Part shown: one piece after another, positions 18,801 through 27,559 of the stretch | How the letters are laid out: each line of letters starts with the position of its first letter | Position numbering within the stretch: the first letter of the stretch is position 1 | Source of the DNA: Candidatus Poribacteria bacterium | GTDB lineage: Bacteria; Poribacteria; WGA-4E; WGA-3G | Direction of reading: 5' to 3' | Assembly (NCBI GenBank): GCA_965242965.1 | Contig: OZ251518.1 | Span: 3,584,001 to 3,648,000, forward strand | Length of the DNA stretch: 64,000 bases | Notes under the pieces: model-generated | The model's database searches: none | The model's input: the letters and a program-made list of their open reading frames with translations, nothing else | Told to the model about the DNA's origin: nothing | Program-made: the position numbers and the translations under genes

Positions 18801-21211
18801 CCCGTTCCGCAGAAGGCAGGCCAGCGCGCCAATACGGGATTGTCCCTTTGATGGTGGATGCGGAACACAATCGGCTCTCCATCACGTTGGATGTTCCGGA
18901 AGAAGCGCGTCCGAATCGCGAGGTGGAGATACCTTTCCAAGTGAAAGGCGCGCTGCGGCAGTTTGATGTGTGCATCGCTGCAGTGGATGAGGGGATTCTC
19001 GCGCTGACCGGGTTTCAAACGCCGCAACCGCACGACTATTTCTATCGCCAACGGGGGTTGGAAACCCGCACGTTTGATGTGTATGGCGCGATTTTGCCGG
19101 AACTGCGCACCGGCGGCGATAGTCCGGCGGAAGAACGCGGGCGCGTGCGGCGGCTCAGCACAGCAAGTGTCATGCGCGTCAAACCGGTATCACTCTGGAC
19201 AGGGACGATGAAAACCGATGCACGCGGACGTGGCACGGCGCGGTTCACGTTGCCGCAATTCAATGGGACGTTGCGGCTGATGGCCGTCGCATACGCTGGC
19301 GCGGCGTATGGCGCAGCGGAGGCATCCCTCCGCGTCCGCGAACCGATTGTGCTGACACCGACGTTCCCGCGCTTCCTCGCCGGCGGCGACAAAATTCGCA
19401 TCCCGGTGACGCTTGCCAATGGCACTGGCACCGATGGCACGTTCACGCTGAAACTCACCGCATCCGGCGCGGTGCAACTCCTTGATAGCGGCGAACAACA
19501 GGTTTCTGTCGCGGCTGGCACGGAGGAACACGTCATGTTTGAGGCACGCGCGCACGATGCGATAGGTAGTGTCCTTTTCAACCTGTCCGCGGCAGGGAAT
19601 GGCGAGACGACGCAGCAGAAAGTTACGCTGCCGCTCCGTTCCGCAACGCCGCCTGTCACGCAGACTGGACAAGGTGTGGTGCATGCCGATACCCCAGTCG
19701 ATTTCATTTTTCCTGCCAATCTGCTGGCAGAATCGTCGGAGTTCTCACTGACGTTATCGCCGTTTCCAGCAGTGCAGTTCGCGGAGAGCCTACGGTATCT
19801 CATCGGTTACCCTTACGGGTGCGTGGAGCAAACGACGAGTCGTGTCTTCCCGCTCCTCTATTTTAGTGAATTGGTGGAGACGGTGGAACCGTCGCTCATT
19901 TCCCAATCAGGTAGCGTAGAGGCTTTCGTTCAAGCCGGCATCACGAAATTGGAGGGGATGCTGATGCCGAACCGTCAGTTTTCCTACTGGCCCGGCGGCA
20001 CATACGCGAACCCGTGGAGCAGTCTCTATGCGGCGCACTTCCTCGTTGAGGCACGGAAAGCGGGCTACACCGTGGCAGACAGGGTTTACACGGAAATGCT
20101 CATCGGCTTACGCGAGCAGGCGAAGTTGGCCACCGTGCGGAATGCCGAACCGACGGTGGCGGAACTCTCCCTTGCCGCTTACGCTTGTTATGTCCTCGCC
20201 GCCGCGGGGCATCCCGAAAAGGGCGCGATGCACTATCTGAAAGACCGCGGTGTAAGCAGGCTCAGCGATTACAGCCATTTTCAACTCGCCAGTGCGTTCG
20301 CGCTCAGCGGCGGCTTGGAGACAGCACTGTCCATGCTCCCCGTTTCCGTGTCGCCGCAGATAGCCAAACGCGAAACGGGTGGGACGCTCAACTCCCCTGT
20401 CCGGGAGCAAGCCATCATGCTGGATGTGCTGGCAGAAGTAAACGAACGTCATCCTGCTATCCCGACGCTCGTTCAGAATCTCGCCGAGATTGCTGAGACG
20501 AATGGAGACAGGTGGGGGACGACACAGGAGAACGCCTTCGCCTTCCTCGCGCTCGGCAAAATCATGCAGAAACAGCAGGCGCGCGACTACACCGGCACGC
20601 TGACGCTCAACGGCGAACATGTCGCTCATTTTGACGCGACAGAGAAACGTTACACCGCGTCCGCCTGGGATGGAGCGCAGGTGCAACTCAGCCTTGAAGG
20701 GAACGGCAGCTGCTATTACTATTGGAGCGCGTTCGGTATCCCGCGCGATTCGTTTATTGAGGAATATGCACGCGAACTGCAGGTGCGCCGCCGCTATTTT
20801 GATAAAGATGGCGAAGAACTCACGCACACCTTCCAGCACGGGGAACTCATTGTCGCCGAAATTGCTGTCAAGGCACTCACCGACTCCCTTGAAAACGTCG
20901 TTGTCGTGGACATGATACCGGCTGGGTTTGAGATTGAGAATCCGCGGCTGGAGTCACGCGCCGATATCCCTTGGATAAAAGCGGATGCCTTCAAACCGGA
21001 CTATGTGGACATCCGAGACGATAGGCTCATTTTCTTCGGCAATTTCCCGCGGCAGCGCGAACGGAAGTTCTATTACGCGCTCCGGGCTGTCACGCAAGGC
21101 GAATTTATCTTGCCGCCTGTCGCAGCGGAAGCGATGTATGACGGGACGAAGTCTGCCGTTGCCGGGAGTCGACGGATTGAAGTTCTGGGGACTTCACAAG
21201 GCGTGCGATGA
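15806..21211 (+). CDS. bacterial alpha-2-macroglobulin family protein
   Basis: Thioester motif YPYGCVEQ, RGVYRPGE, VEEFMP, DIRDDR; N-terminal anchor after MVAKLSKK. Confidence 0.93.
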   Translation: MVAKLSKKVLISVIGLLVLIIVAGVFYIVRENSSAKTRYSVTAFTPQGDVPQWVDFSWTFSEPIVDNAGIGTEVPQQAIRWTPAVDGKGRWVARDKIGFFLESPLAPSARYTVALSSRLSQSDSFILTGQQRFEFATRRFEVTDTTLRFRYNPDDKQKAKAVGTIDFNYPVNIADLKAHLSIQFNGDTEIPYSLLTETSTARTVTLETEEVERGREDRVLTLRIQKDFKCTGGKLGLAAASVTSVVLSGSGTLGITYCDVEEYGGSPYLALRFSTDIPAHVVEPYLQIAPNPGNTQLITRYGEIQIHGDFKRRTTYTLTVQEGLTAQDGSVLKKPYTTRLTIPDVPPTIRLLGSQSGGAGFVAREGTLNLGVATINVNQLEVDIEKVFANNLIYLAKIESWRRWSSRYLGTPVHQAVLPVDARVNEEVTTRLSLREVVSDEPGVFKIVVRDANDRWVIAHQWVLITDLGILVKHIGDALYVWVKSIETHDGVAGARVTLISDNNQTLLTGKTNWAGFIKFTEVAQQTEGFVPLLITVAKGDDLGFVQLDRHENATADFNVAGPPYLETGYEAFLWTSRGVYRPGETVELAGIVRGAQHVVPRPLPARVEVLAPDGRILREARIQTSTSGGCEVRIDIPAYAQTGGYLAKLRIAEKEVGRTRFQVEEFMPDRMKVTVTTDKPTYTLGDAVDVEVTAVNLFGPPAAERQVEATCELTAMPLTFADWEGVTFGQTLDQAQQDVFRVQRIALGEAKTDEEGKARYPWQVPEMQRPPVRLQGVLTATVREVGGRAVTASHRIDIHPYSHTAGLRLASLAREQVDVEVIAVDATGRSTAGRALTLTLHKVLWNTLLRQSGDGAYGYVSEAETTAVEQRALTSTAEITRVTFTPPGAGDYRVSVTDDVSGARTELAFSVDGEEIAGTRREGGLSMTLDKPTYRPGQTAKLRIQAPFPGTLLLTVEREKLLSYRTITMETSTATVGIPVARRYAPNVYLSATLIRDARSAEGRPARQYGIVPLMVDAEHNRLSITLDVPEEARPNREVEIPFQVKGALRQFDVCIAAVDEGILALTGFQTPQPHDYFYRQRGLETRTFDVYGAILPELRTGGDSPAEERGRVRRLSTASVMRVKPVSLWTGTMKTDARGRGTARFTLPQFNGTLRLMAVAYAGAAYGAAEASLRVREPIVLTPTFPRFLAGGDKIRIPVTLANGTGTDGTFTLKLTASGAVQLLDSGEQQVSVAAGTEEHVMFEARAHDAIGSVLFNLSAAGNGETTQQKVTLPLRSATPPVTQTGQGVVHADTPVDFIFPANLLAESSEFSLTLSPFPAVQFAESLRYLIGYPYGCVEQTTSRVFPLLYFSELVETVEPSLISQSGSVEAFVQAGITKLEGMLMPNRQFSYWPGGTYANPWSSLYAAHFLVEARKAGYTVADRVYTEMLIGLREQAKLATVRNAEPTVAELSLAAYACYVLAAAGHPEKGAMHYLKDRGVSRLSDYSHFQLASAFALSGGLETALSMLPVSVSPQIAKRETGGTLNSPVREQAIMLDVLAEVNERHPAIPTLVQNLAEIAETNGDRWGTTQENAFAFLALGKIMQKQQARDYTGTLTLNGEHVAHFDATEKRYTASAWDGAQVQLSLEGNGSCYYYWSAFGIPRDSFIEEYARELQVRRRYFDKDGEELTHTFQHGELIVAEIAVKALTDSLENVVVVDMIPAGFEIENPRLESRADIPWIKADAFKPDYVDIRDDRLIFFGNFPRQRERKFYYALRAVTQGEFILPPVAAEAMYDGTKSAVAGSRRIEVLGTSQGVR

Positions 21212-21227
21212 ACCGAAACCTATCTGA

Positions 21228-23597
21228 ATGCATCTGAGGCGTGTCATGAATTGGAAAAGACGCATTGGCGTAGTTGTAGCGGTAGGTATCGGCGCACCCG
21301 TGTTGCTGTTCGTGCTTTTGAATATCTGCTTCCCGCTGCCGACACAGCGACTCCATCCTTCTCCCTCACCTATTGTTTTGGACAGAAACGGCGAGTGGCT
21401 CCGCGCGTTTTTGACACCGACGGGGATGTGGCGGATGCCGGAACCCGATATCTCCCGCGTTTCGCCGCTGCTGATAGCCGCGGCGTTAGCGGTGGAAGAT
21501 AGATGGTTTCATTATCACTGCGGTATCAACCCGTTTTCGCTGGCCGGTGCGGCGTATGACAATCTGCGCGCCGGGGAGGTGGTGCGCGGCGGTTCTACCG
21601 TGACGATGCAGCTCGCGCGATTGATGGAGCCGAAAGCGCGCACACTGCCGAATAAATGCGTTGAGATGTTCCGCGCCCTACAATTAGAACTCGCCTATTC
21701 TAAATCCGACATTTTAACATTTTACTTCAACATGCTTCCCTACGGCGGGAACATCGTCGGCTCAGCGGCTGCGGCGCGGCTCTATTTTAACAAACCGCAG
21801 CATGCACTGAGCCTCGCCGAAGCCGCCCTCCTCGCTAGCATCCCCAATTCACCGGAACGGTTACGTCCCGATAGATATCCCGCACGGGCACAAGCTGCGC
21901 GAGATAAGGTGCTGAAACTGCTCCTTGCACGCCGACAGATTTCGCAAAGTCAGTGGCAGGAAGCACTGCAGGAACCAATCCCGACGCAGCGGTATCCGAT
22001 GCCTTTCAAAGCACCGCATCTCGCGCGGTGGTTGACGAAATCGCGGGACAGCAGGGGCGCGCAAGGAAGAATCTGGACGACGATTGACAGGCACACCCAA
22101 GATACTGCAGTGCGCCTACTGCGGGATTCCCTTGAAGCGCAGCCGCATATTTCCACAGGTGCAGTGGTAGTGATGGATACGAAAAGCCTCGAGGTCCTCG
22201 CATTTGTCGGTTCTCATGATTTTTTTGACAAGGCGGCGTTAGGACAAGTCAACGGCGCGCTCGCACCCCGCTCACCTGGCTCCGCGCTGAAACCTTTTGT
22301 CTACGCGCTAGCCATTGATACGGGGGTAATCACACCGGAAACGCTCCTCTTTGATGTGCCTGTATCCTACCGTGGCTATCGGCCGGTAAATTACGATGGA
22401 ACTTACAGCGGCTATGCTACTGCGCGCGAAGCATTGGCGCGTTCGCTTAATATACCAGCGGTGCATCTCGCCGCACAGGTGCAACCGCTTGCGGGATTTC
22501 TCAAGCAGGCTGGCATCTCAACGTTATCGAATTCAAGGCGGTATGGACTCTCTATGGTGCTCGGCGGATGTGAGGTGAATCTGTTGGAGTTGACGACGCT
22601 CTATGCCGGGCTGGCGAACATGGGGGAATTCGCGCCGTATCGGGTGAGACAGCGAGGGACAGGCCCTCGCGCGACGGGACTGGAAGAGTCTTCCTGGCGT
22701 TTGTTGCGGCCCGAAACGTGTTACGTGGTGCTGGAGATGCTAACGACACTAGAACGTCCAGAGCTCCCGAAGGCTTCTTTTGACAGAACGGTGAACCTAC
22801 CCAAAATTGCATGGAAAACCGGGACATCTTACGGGCATCGGGATGCATGGAGCATTGGAACGTCACCGGAACTGACGATAGGGGTGTGGCTTGGCGATTT
22901 CCGTGGAATAGGCACACCGAATCTCAGTGGGGCTGAAGCCGCAGCGCCGATACTCTTCCGACTCTTCACGGCACTGACTGCCGAAAAAACGCGCCGATGG
23001 TTTCCGAAACCGATGACGGGACTCCGAGAACGACAGGTGTGCGCGCTGAGTGGACAGCCTGTCTCACCGCACTGCCCCGCGCAAAAAACCGATGTCTATC
23101 TGCCAGGGATTTCCACTGTCACTGCCTGTTCGCTTCACACGCAGATTTGGGTGGATAAGGCGACAGGGTATAGTGTTTGTGCGCAGTGTATCACGCCGAA
23201 TCAGGAAGAACGGGGGAATTATGAAAAACGGGTGCTGACAGAATGGCCCGCCGAAGCAGCAACGTGGCTGGCAGAAAACGGGTTTGCGGTGCCAGTCTTT
23301 CCTCGGCATAATCCTGACTGCACCGCGCCGCGGCCCGGCGATGCACCGAGTATCCTATCGCCAGAAGAGGATACCGTCTATACCCTCCGCCCAGGCGTTC
23401 CCCTGGAATATCAGAAAATTCGGTTTTCTGCCTCAATTTCTAATCGGACACAGGAGTTGTTCTGGTTTCTTGATGGCGAGTTGGTATCAACTGCACCGAC
23501 GTTTTTTCTCACACCTATCGCGGGCAGGCACACGGTGACGTGTGTTGATGGAGAGGGCCGCTCAGTGAGCCGCCCTCTTATCATCAAAACTTGGTAG
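21228..23597 (+). CDS. pbpC: penicillin-binding protein 1C
   Basis: EDRWF, GGSTVTMQLAR, SALK, SLN and KTG motifs; follows the A2M gene as is typical. Confidence 0.93.
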   Translation: MHLRRVMNWKRRIGVVVAVGIGAPVLLFVLLNICFPLPTQRLHPSPSPIVLDRNGEWLRAFLTPTGMWRMPEPDISRVSPLLIAAALAVEDRWFHYHCGINPFSLAGAAYDNLRAGEVVRGGSTVTMQLARLMEPKARTLPNKCVEMFRALQLELAYSKSDILTFYFNMLPYGGNIVGSAAAARLYFNKPQHALSLAEAALLASIPNSPERLRPDRYPARAQAARDKVLKLLLARRQISQSQWQEALQEPIPTQRYPMPFKAPHLARWLTKSRDSRGAQGRIWTTIDRHTQDTAVRLLRDSLEAQPHISTGAVVVMDTKSLEVLAFVGSHDFFDKAALGQVNGALAPRSPGSALKPFVYALAIDTGVITPETLLFDVPVSYRGYRPVNYDGTYSGYATAREALARSLNIPAVHLAAQVQPLAGFLKQAGISTLSNSRRYGLSMVLGGCEVNLLELTTLYAGLANMGEFAPYRVRQRGTGPRATGLEESSWRLLRPETCYVVLEMLTTLERPELPKASFDRTVNLPKIAWKTGTSYGHRDAWSIGTSPELTIGVWLGDFRGIGTPNLSGAEAAAPILFRLFTALTAEKTRRWFPKPMTGLRERQVCALSGQPVSPHCPAQKTDVYLPGISTVTACSLHTQIWVDKATGYSVCAQCITPNQEERGNYEKRVLTEWPAEAATWLAENGFAVPVFPRHNPDCTAPRPGDAPSILSPEEDTVYTLRPGVPLEYQKIRFSASISNRTQELFWFLDGELVSTAPTFFLTPIAGRHTVTCVDGEGRSVSRPLIIKTW

Positions 23598-24003
23598 GCG
23601 GTATTTCCTGTGAACTGTTTGCGATCAGGCGATCGCAAACTACAGAAGTAGGTGGTATTTCCTGGTGCCTATTCAGTAGGAGGGACATCCTTGTCCCGAT
23701 AGTGTTGCTCAGTAGGAGGGACATCCTTGTCCCGATAGTGTTGCTCAGTAGGAGGGACATCCTTGTCCCGATAGTGTTGCTCAGTAGGAGGGACATCCTT
23801 GTCCCGATATTGACGCATCGAGACCGGGAGGTCTCTCCTACCCCGTGCCGATAGTGCTGCATCGAGACCAGGAGGTCTCTCCTACTCAACAAACGCATCG
23901 AGACCGGGAGGTCTCTCCTACCCCGTGCCGATGCTGCATCGAGACCGGGATGTCTCTCCTACCGGCAATTCAAGACACTCGCGCCCAGGATGTCTCTCCT
24001 ACT
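23598..24003. repeat. REP cluster including a 36-bp tandem repeat x4 (23675-23808)
   Basis: Unit AGTAGGAGGGACATCCTTGTCCCGATAGTGTTGCTC, then several GCATCGAGACCrGGAGGTCTCTCCTAC copies. Confidence 0.9.
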
Positions 24004-24008
24004 GCATA

Positions 24009-24761
24009 TTACAGCGACTTCAACCGGCCCCATGTCGTCGTCACTTTCCCCTGGGCCTTGACAGCGAGAGCCGTCTCCATGTTCGCCTTGACTTCTTCTG
24101 CGGTGAGCGCGACGCTCCAGATTTTGAATTCGTCTATCACGCCGTTGAAGAAGTTGGCGTTGCCTTGATTCGCGGCGATGGACATGCCTTGCACGCCGAA
24201 GTCCATACGCGCATCACCACCGGACTTCGCCTCGCCATCCACTTCGCCGTTGATATACATCACCGCATTGCTCTTGTCCTGCGTGCCGACGAAGTAGTGC
24301 CATTCGGGTTCAAACCCGATTTTCTCGGTAAGTGCCTCTAACTCCGCGCCTTGCGTCGCAAAGTAGAAACCGAAAAGCACGCCACCCCGGTTGAAGGTAA
24401 TATGCGGCCGTCCACCTCCCGTAAGACGATAAAGCAGGTCGATGCGGTTGCCGCCTTCGATCTTCTCGTCCGGTTTAAACCAGAATTCAATCGTCATCTC
24501 CTTTGGTTCGTCAATCCCCAACGGGTCTAAGTTGACGCTGCCGTTGTCAAAATGGAGTGCTTGGCCGACGACACCTTCCACCCAATCGGCGTTTTTGATG
24601 TCACCGGTGAAACCGTGCGGTCCGGTATCTTCCGCTTTGTTCCCCTTTCCTTCGTCAAATGGGAAATAGAGGAGGATGTCTGTCGCTGGATCTGCGGCGT
24701 GTGCATGTGTGAAGCACAGCAGGAACGCTGCAGCGGTAAATAAAAAAAGAATTTTTGTCAT
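24009..24761 (-). CDS. secreted LamG/concanavalin-like domain protein with C-terminal TWGxLK tail
   Basis: Signal peptide AHA, YFPFDEG, WHYFVGT, FNGVIDEFKIWSVALT, tail AVKAQGKVTTTWGRLK. Confidence 0.88.
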   Translation of the reverse strand: MTKILFLFTAAAFLLCFTHAHAADPATDILLYFPFDEGKGNKAEDTGPHGFTGDIKNADWVEGVVGQALHFDNGSVNLDPLGIDEPKEMTIEFWFKPDEKIEGGNRIDLLYRLTGGGRPHITFNRGGVLFGFYFATQGAELEALTEKIGFEPEWHYFVGTQDKSNAVMYINGEVDGEAKSGGDARMDFGVQGMSIAANQGNANFFNGVIDEFKIWSVALTAEEVKANMETALAVKAQGKVTTTWGRLKSL

Positions 24762-24839
24762 GAGTAACTCCTATAAACATGTCGGATCTAACGGTAATGT
24801 TATACCCGATTCAGTTGATTTTTCTTGGGGCTGTCATCC

Positions 24840-25003
24840 CCAGTTTTTGTGCTTGCCCGAGCTCCACCGGGCAAGAGTGTTCTCCCCTGAATAGGCAAGA
24901 TCAGGCGATCTTGCCCTACAGAGGGGCTCGTTTGAGCTCCACCGAGTAAGAGGGTTCTCCTGCTCGCGATGCCTGCATCGAGACCGGGAGGGCTCGCCTA
25001 CTG
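24840..25003. repeat. mixed REP cluster
   Basis: GGCAAGATCAGGCGATCTTGCCCTAC, duplicated GAGCTCCACCG...AAGAG.GTTCTCC, and TCGAGACCGGGAGGGCTCGCCTAC. Confidence 0.7.
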
Positions 25004-25021
25004 GGCAGTTTGCGCGCATTC

Positions 25022-25858
25022 TCACCGATGCGCGGTTTTCAACTGTCCCCACGTTGTGGTTAACTTCGCAGTCGGTTCGACCGATAGCACTTCAGGGACA
25101 TAATAGTTCACAATAAATTCGCCTATGATTGCACCCCATGAAACCCCGGGATGGGGTATATCGCCGACGTAAGCCTGCACAAAGATGCCGAGGCGGCCTC
25201 CGGTTTCTTCGTTGATGATGACACCGGGTTCAACCCTCGGGTCTTCGTCGTTATTCTCGGCGAGCGCGATGTCGAGTTTCCACGCGGTCTTCGCATAATC
25301 GTCGAGGTGGAACGGATACGAGGTGTTATACTTCTTGAGGCTCGGCACATACTTTTTGCCTTCAGCGGTGGGTGTCATCTCCACCGGATTTTCTTGCCAG
25401 TTGTCGCCTTTGCCGTGCCAGACGAAGGCGTTCGGGACATCAATGATGTTCTGCAAGCCTTGTGCCCCGTTGGTTTCGGCGGGGCCTTCAGACGTATAAA
25501 AAGTATACTCGCCGGTGTTGAAAATCGTGTTGCCGGCATCGAGGAATTCTTCCAGAAGCGAACCGTCGGGTTTGGCGTTCCCGGCCGGATAAATCGTCGA
25601 CGGCGTGATACCGGTGAGGATCAGCGTGTTTCCGCCGCCTTCGGTATGTTCCTCTACCCATTTCGCTAGTTCATCAATATCCCCCGGGTCGAACACCTCA
25701 AGGGCTTGTCCATCAAGGATTTTGATGAGCGTGTCGATTTCCTTTTGCGCGCCTTTCGCGTCTTCGCGTGCCCACGGATGCGAGTCTGTGTGCAACGCGA
25801 AGTCAAATCCTGTGGATAGGACGACAAATAGGAAAAGTAGGCTCAGTTTTCTAATCAT
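25022..25858 (-). CDS. secreted hypothetical protein with C-terminal TWGxLK tail
   Basis: GAGGTG RBS, hydrophobic N-terminus, tail SVEPTAKLTTTWGQLK. Confidence 0.8.
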   Translation of the reverse strand: MIRKLSLLFLFVVLSTGFDFALHTDSHPWAREDAKGAQKEIDTLIKILDGQALEVFDPGDIDELAKWVEEHTEGGGNTLILTGITPSTIYPAGNAKPDGSLLEEFLDAGNTIFNTGEYTFYTSEGPAETNGAQGLQNIIDVPNAFVWHGKGDNWQENPVEMTPTAEGKKYVPSLKKYNTSYPFHLDDYAKTAWKLDIALAENNDEDPRVEPGVIINEETGGRLGIFVQAYVGDIPHPGVSWGAIIGEFIVNYYVPEVLSVEPTAKLTTTWGQLKTAHR

Positions 25859-25872
25859 CTTCGTCACCTCTA

Positions 25873-25905
25873 AAAAGGGGGATGTGAACCACACATCCCC
25901 TCTCC
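25873..25905. terminator. stem-loop / possible intrinsic terminator
   Basis: GGGGATGTG-AACCA-CACATCCCC inverted repeat, followed by a short T-run on the minus strand. Confidence 0.45.
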
Positions 25906-25951
25906 TTACGATATGCCGGGCGGGTATGAACGAATCCGCCCGGACAGAATC

Positions 25952-26617
25952 TCATCGGTTTTTCAAGGCACTCCATGTGACAGCCAGTTTTCCGGCTGGT
26001 TCTACGGCAGTTGGCGGAATCCCGGGTCCGTTGATTTCAACGTATTCATAAAGCACGGTTGAATCCCTGCCGCCGAGCCCGGGGCGGCCTTCGGCGTAAG
26101 TTTTATCGTCTTGTTCCACCATCAGTTTCCCATCGATGTAGGTTCTGAGGGTTTGTCCTTCGGTTTCAAAGACAATCGTGTAAGCGTCGCCGCCTTTGGT
26201 ATCTTTCGAGTCCGGGCGTTGCGGCCGCGGTCCGCCCGTAATTTCAACCGCATTCCCGCCTTCAAACATGAACAGCGAGGTAGTATGCGAGTTGTAGCTG
26301 ATTTCCATGAAATAGAAATCGACGTTGGGTTCTTGCGTCCGAACAAACAGATGGAAGTAGGGGCCCACCAATTTTCGGGCTCGGACTTCCATGCGATAAT
26401 CTGTCCAGTTGTCTTCGCCGAAGTAGATGCCGGAGTTTTGTCCGCCGCCGACGGTGAGCTCAAGCGCGCCATCTTTCACCTTGGCAGTAGCCTGCGGGCC
26501 CAGTTCCCAATCGGCGATTTCCTTGTCACTGTCGAATTCGTAGCGAATTGCTTGTGCGGTGTGCGCCATCAGGATGATGAGGCATCCGCAAATCCATAGG
26601 CAAGTATTGGTTTTCAT
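25952..26617 (-). CDS. secreted DUF1080-like (concanavalin-fold) protein with C-terminal TW tail
   Basis: GGAGGA RBS, signal peptide AQA, WTDYRMEVRAR, YIDGKL, tail AVEPAGKLAVTWSALK. Confidence 0.75.
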   Translation of the reverse strand: MKTNTCLWICGCLIILMAHTAQAIRYEFDSDKEIADWELGPQATAKVKDGALELTVGGGQNSGIYFGEDNWTDYRMEVRARKLVGPYFHLFVRTQEPNVDFYFMEISYNSHTTSLFMFEGGNAVEITGGPRPQRPDSKDTKGGDAYTIVFETEGQTLRTYIDGKLMVEQDDKTYAEGRPGLGGRDSTVLYEYVEINGPGIPPTAVEPAGKLAVTWSALKNR

Positions 26618-26724
26618 CGCAAATCCTCCTCCGTGAAAAAATGCTGTTTCAGCGCGATATTGATACGTGAGTCTATCAAAAAACGCGATTGATGTCAAGA
26701 TTAAATTGCTGCGTTTGCATCTAT

Positions 26725-27093
26725 TTATCGATTCCGTAGTGCCGCTATCATCAGACATGCCCATCCCGCCATGAATGCCAAACCGCCGATGGGCGTAATC
26801 GCCCCAAGCCAGCGGATACCGGTGAGACTCAGCACGTAGAGACTGCCTGAGAAAATCAGGATGCCAGCGATAAAGCACCATCCTGATGCGGATGTGAGTG
26901 GGGTATCCCATTGCGTTGCTGCCCATGCGGCGGCGATGAGCGCGAGGCTATGATACATCTGATAACGGACTGCGACTTCAAACGTCTCCAGCATTTGGGG
27001 GGACAGCGTGTTACGCAGCGCGTGCGCGCCGAACGCACCGAAAACAACGGCGAGTAGCGCGAAGCCTGCACCGAATGCAAAGAAAAGGCTCAT
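26725..27093 (-). CDS. DUF423 (YgdD/TMEM256) membrane protein
   Basis: GAFGAHAL, YQMYHSLAL, FSGSLY, GAITPIGG. Confidence 0.92.
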   Translation of the reverse strand: MSLFFAFGAGFALLAVVFGAFGAHALRNTLSPQMLETFEVAVRYQMYHSLALIAAAWAATQWDTPLTSASGWCFIAGILIFSGSLYVLSLTGIRWLGAITPIGGLAFMAGWACLMIAALRNR

Positions 27094-27184
27094 TTTTTCT
27101 CCTCCTGTAAATATAAGCACCTGATGGCATTTTAGCGTTGGGAGTCTGTCAAATTAACCGAGGGGATTTCATATCTCGATGGCT

Positions 27185-27450
27185 TCCCCGTAGGCGAGTC
27201 CTCCCGGTCTCGATGCCCTCTTGGTAGGCGAGTCCTCCCGGTCTCGATTTTTTCCGCCCGGTCTTGATGCTGCCAGACGTTAGGTGCTCGCAAACTTGAG
27301 TGGTGGGCCTCTCCTACCGGAAGACATCGGTTCCACCTCTGTAGTTCGGGATCGCCCGATCCCGAACGGATCAGGATCAGGCGATCCTGATCTACAGGGG
27401 GGATGCGGGCTGACAGCCAAACGCATGGCGAGGGACAGGCCCTCGCATGC
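27185..27450. repeat. mixed REP cluster
   Basis: GTAGGCGAGTCCTCCCGGTCTCGA x2 and GTAGTTCGGGATCGCCCGATCCCGAAC paired with GATCAGGCGATCCTGATCTAC. Confidence 0.85.
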
Positions 27451-27490
27451 GTCTATTATACCTTAAATCGGTGGCATTTACCAAAAAATC

Positions 27491-27519
27491 TTGACATTTT
27501 CGTCAAACTTTGCTAAAAT
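27491..27519 (+). promoter_or_regulatory. sigma70-type promoter
   Basis: TTGACA (27491-27496), 17 nt, TAAAAT (27514-27519) with an extended -10 TG. Confidence 0.72.
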
Positions 27520-27559
27520 AGATTTAGTCTAACAGCAAAAGGAGAAATTTTTAACCCGC

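Noticed and set aside
15806-23597. A2M-pbpC pair as a novel system
   Set aside because: This is a well-known conserved gene pair.
23675-23808. 36-bp repeat resembling a CRISPR array
   Set aside because: Units are contiguous tandem copies with no unique spacers, they contain a GTAG-REP, and no cas genes are in the window.
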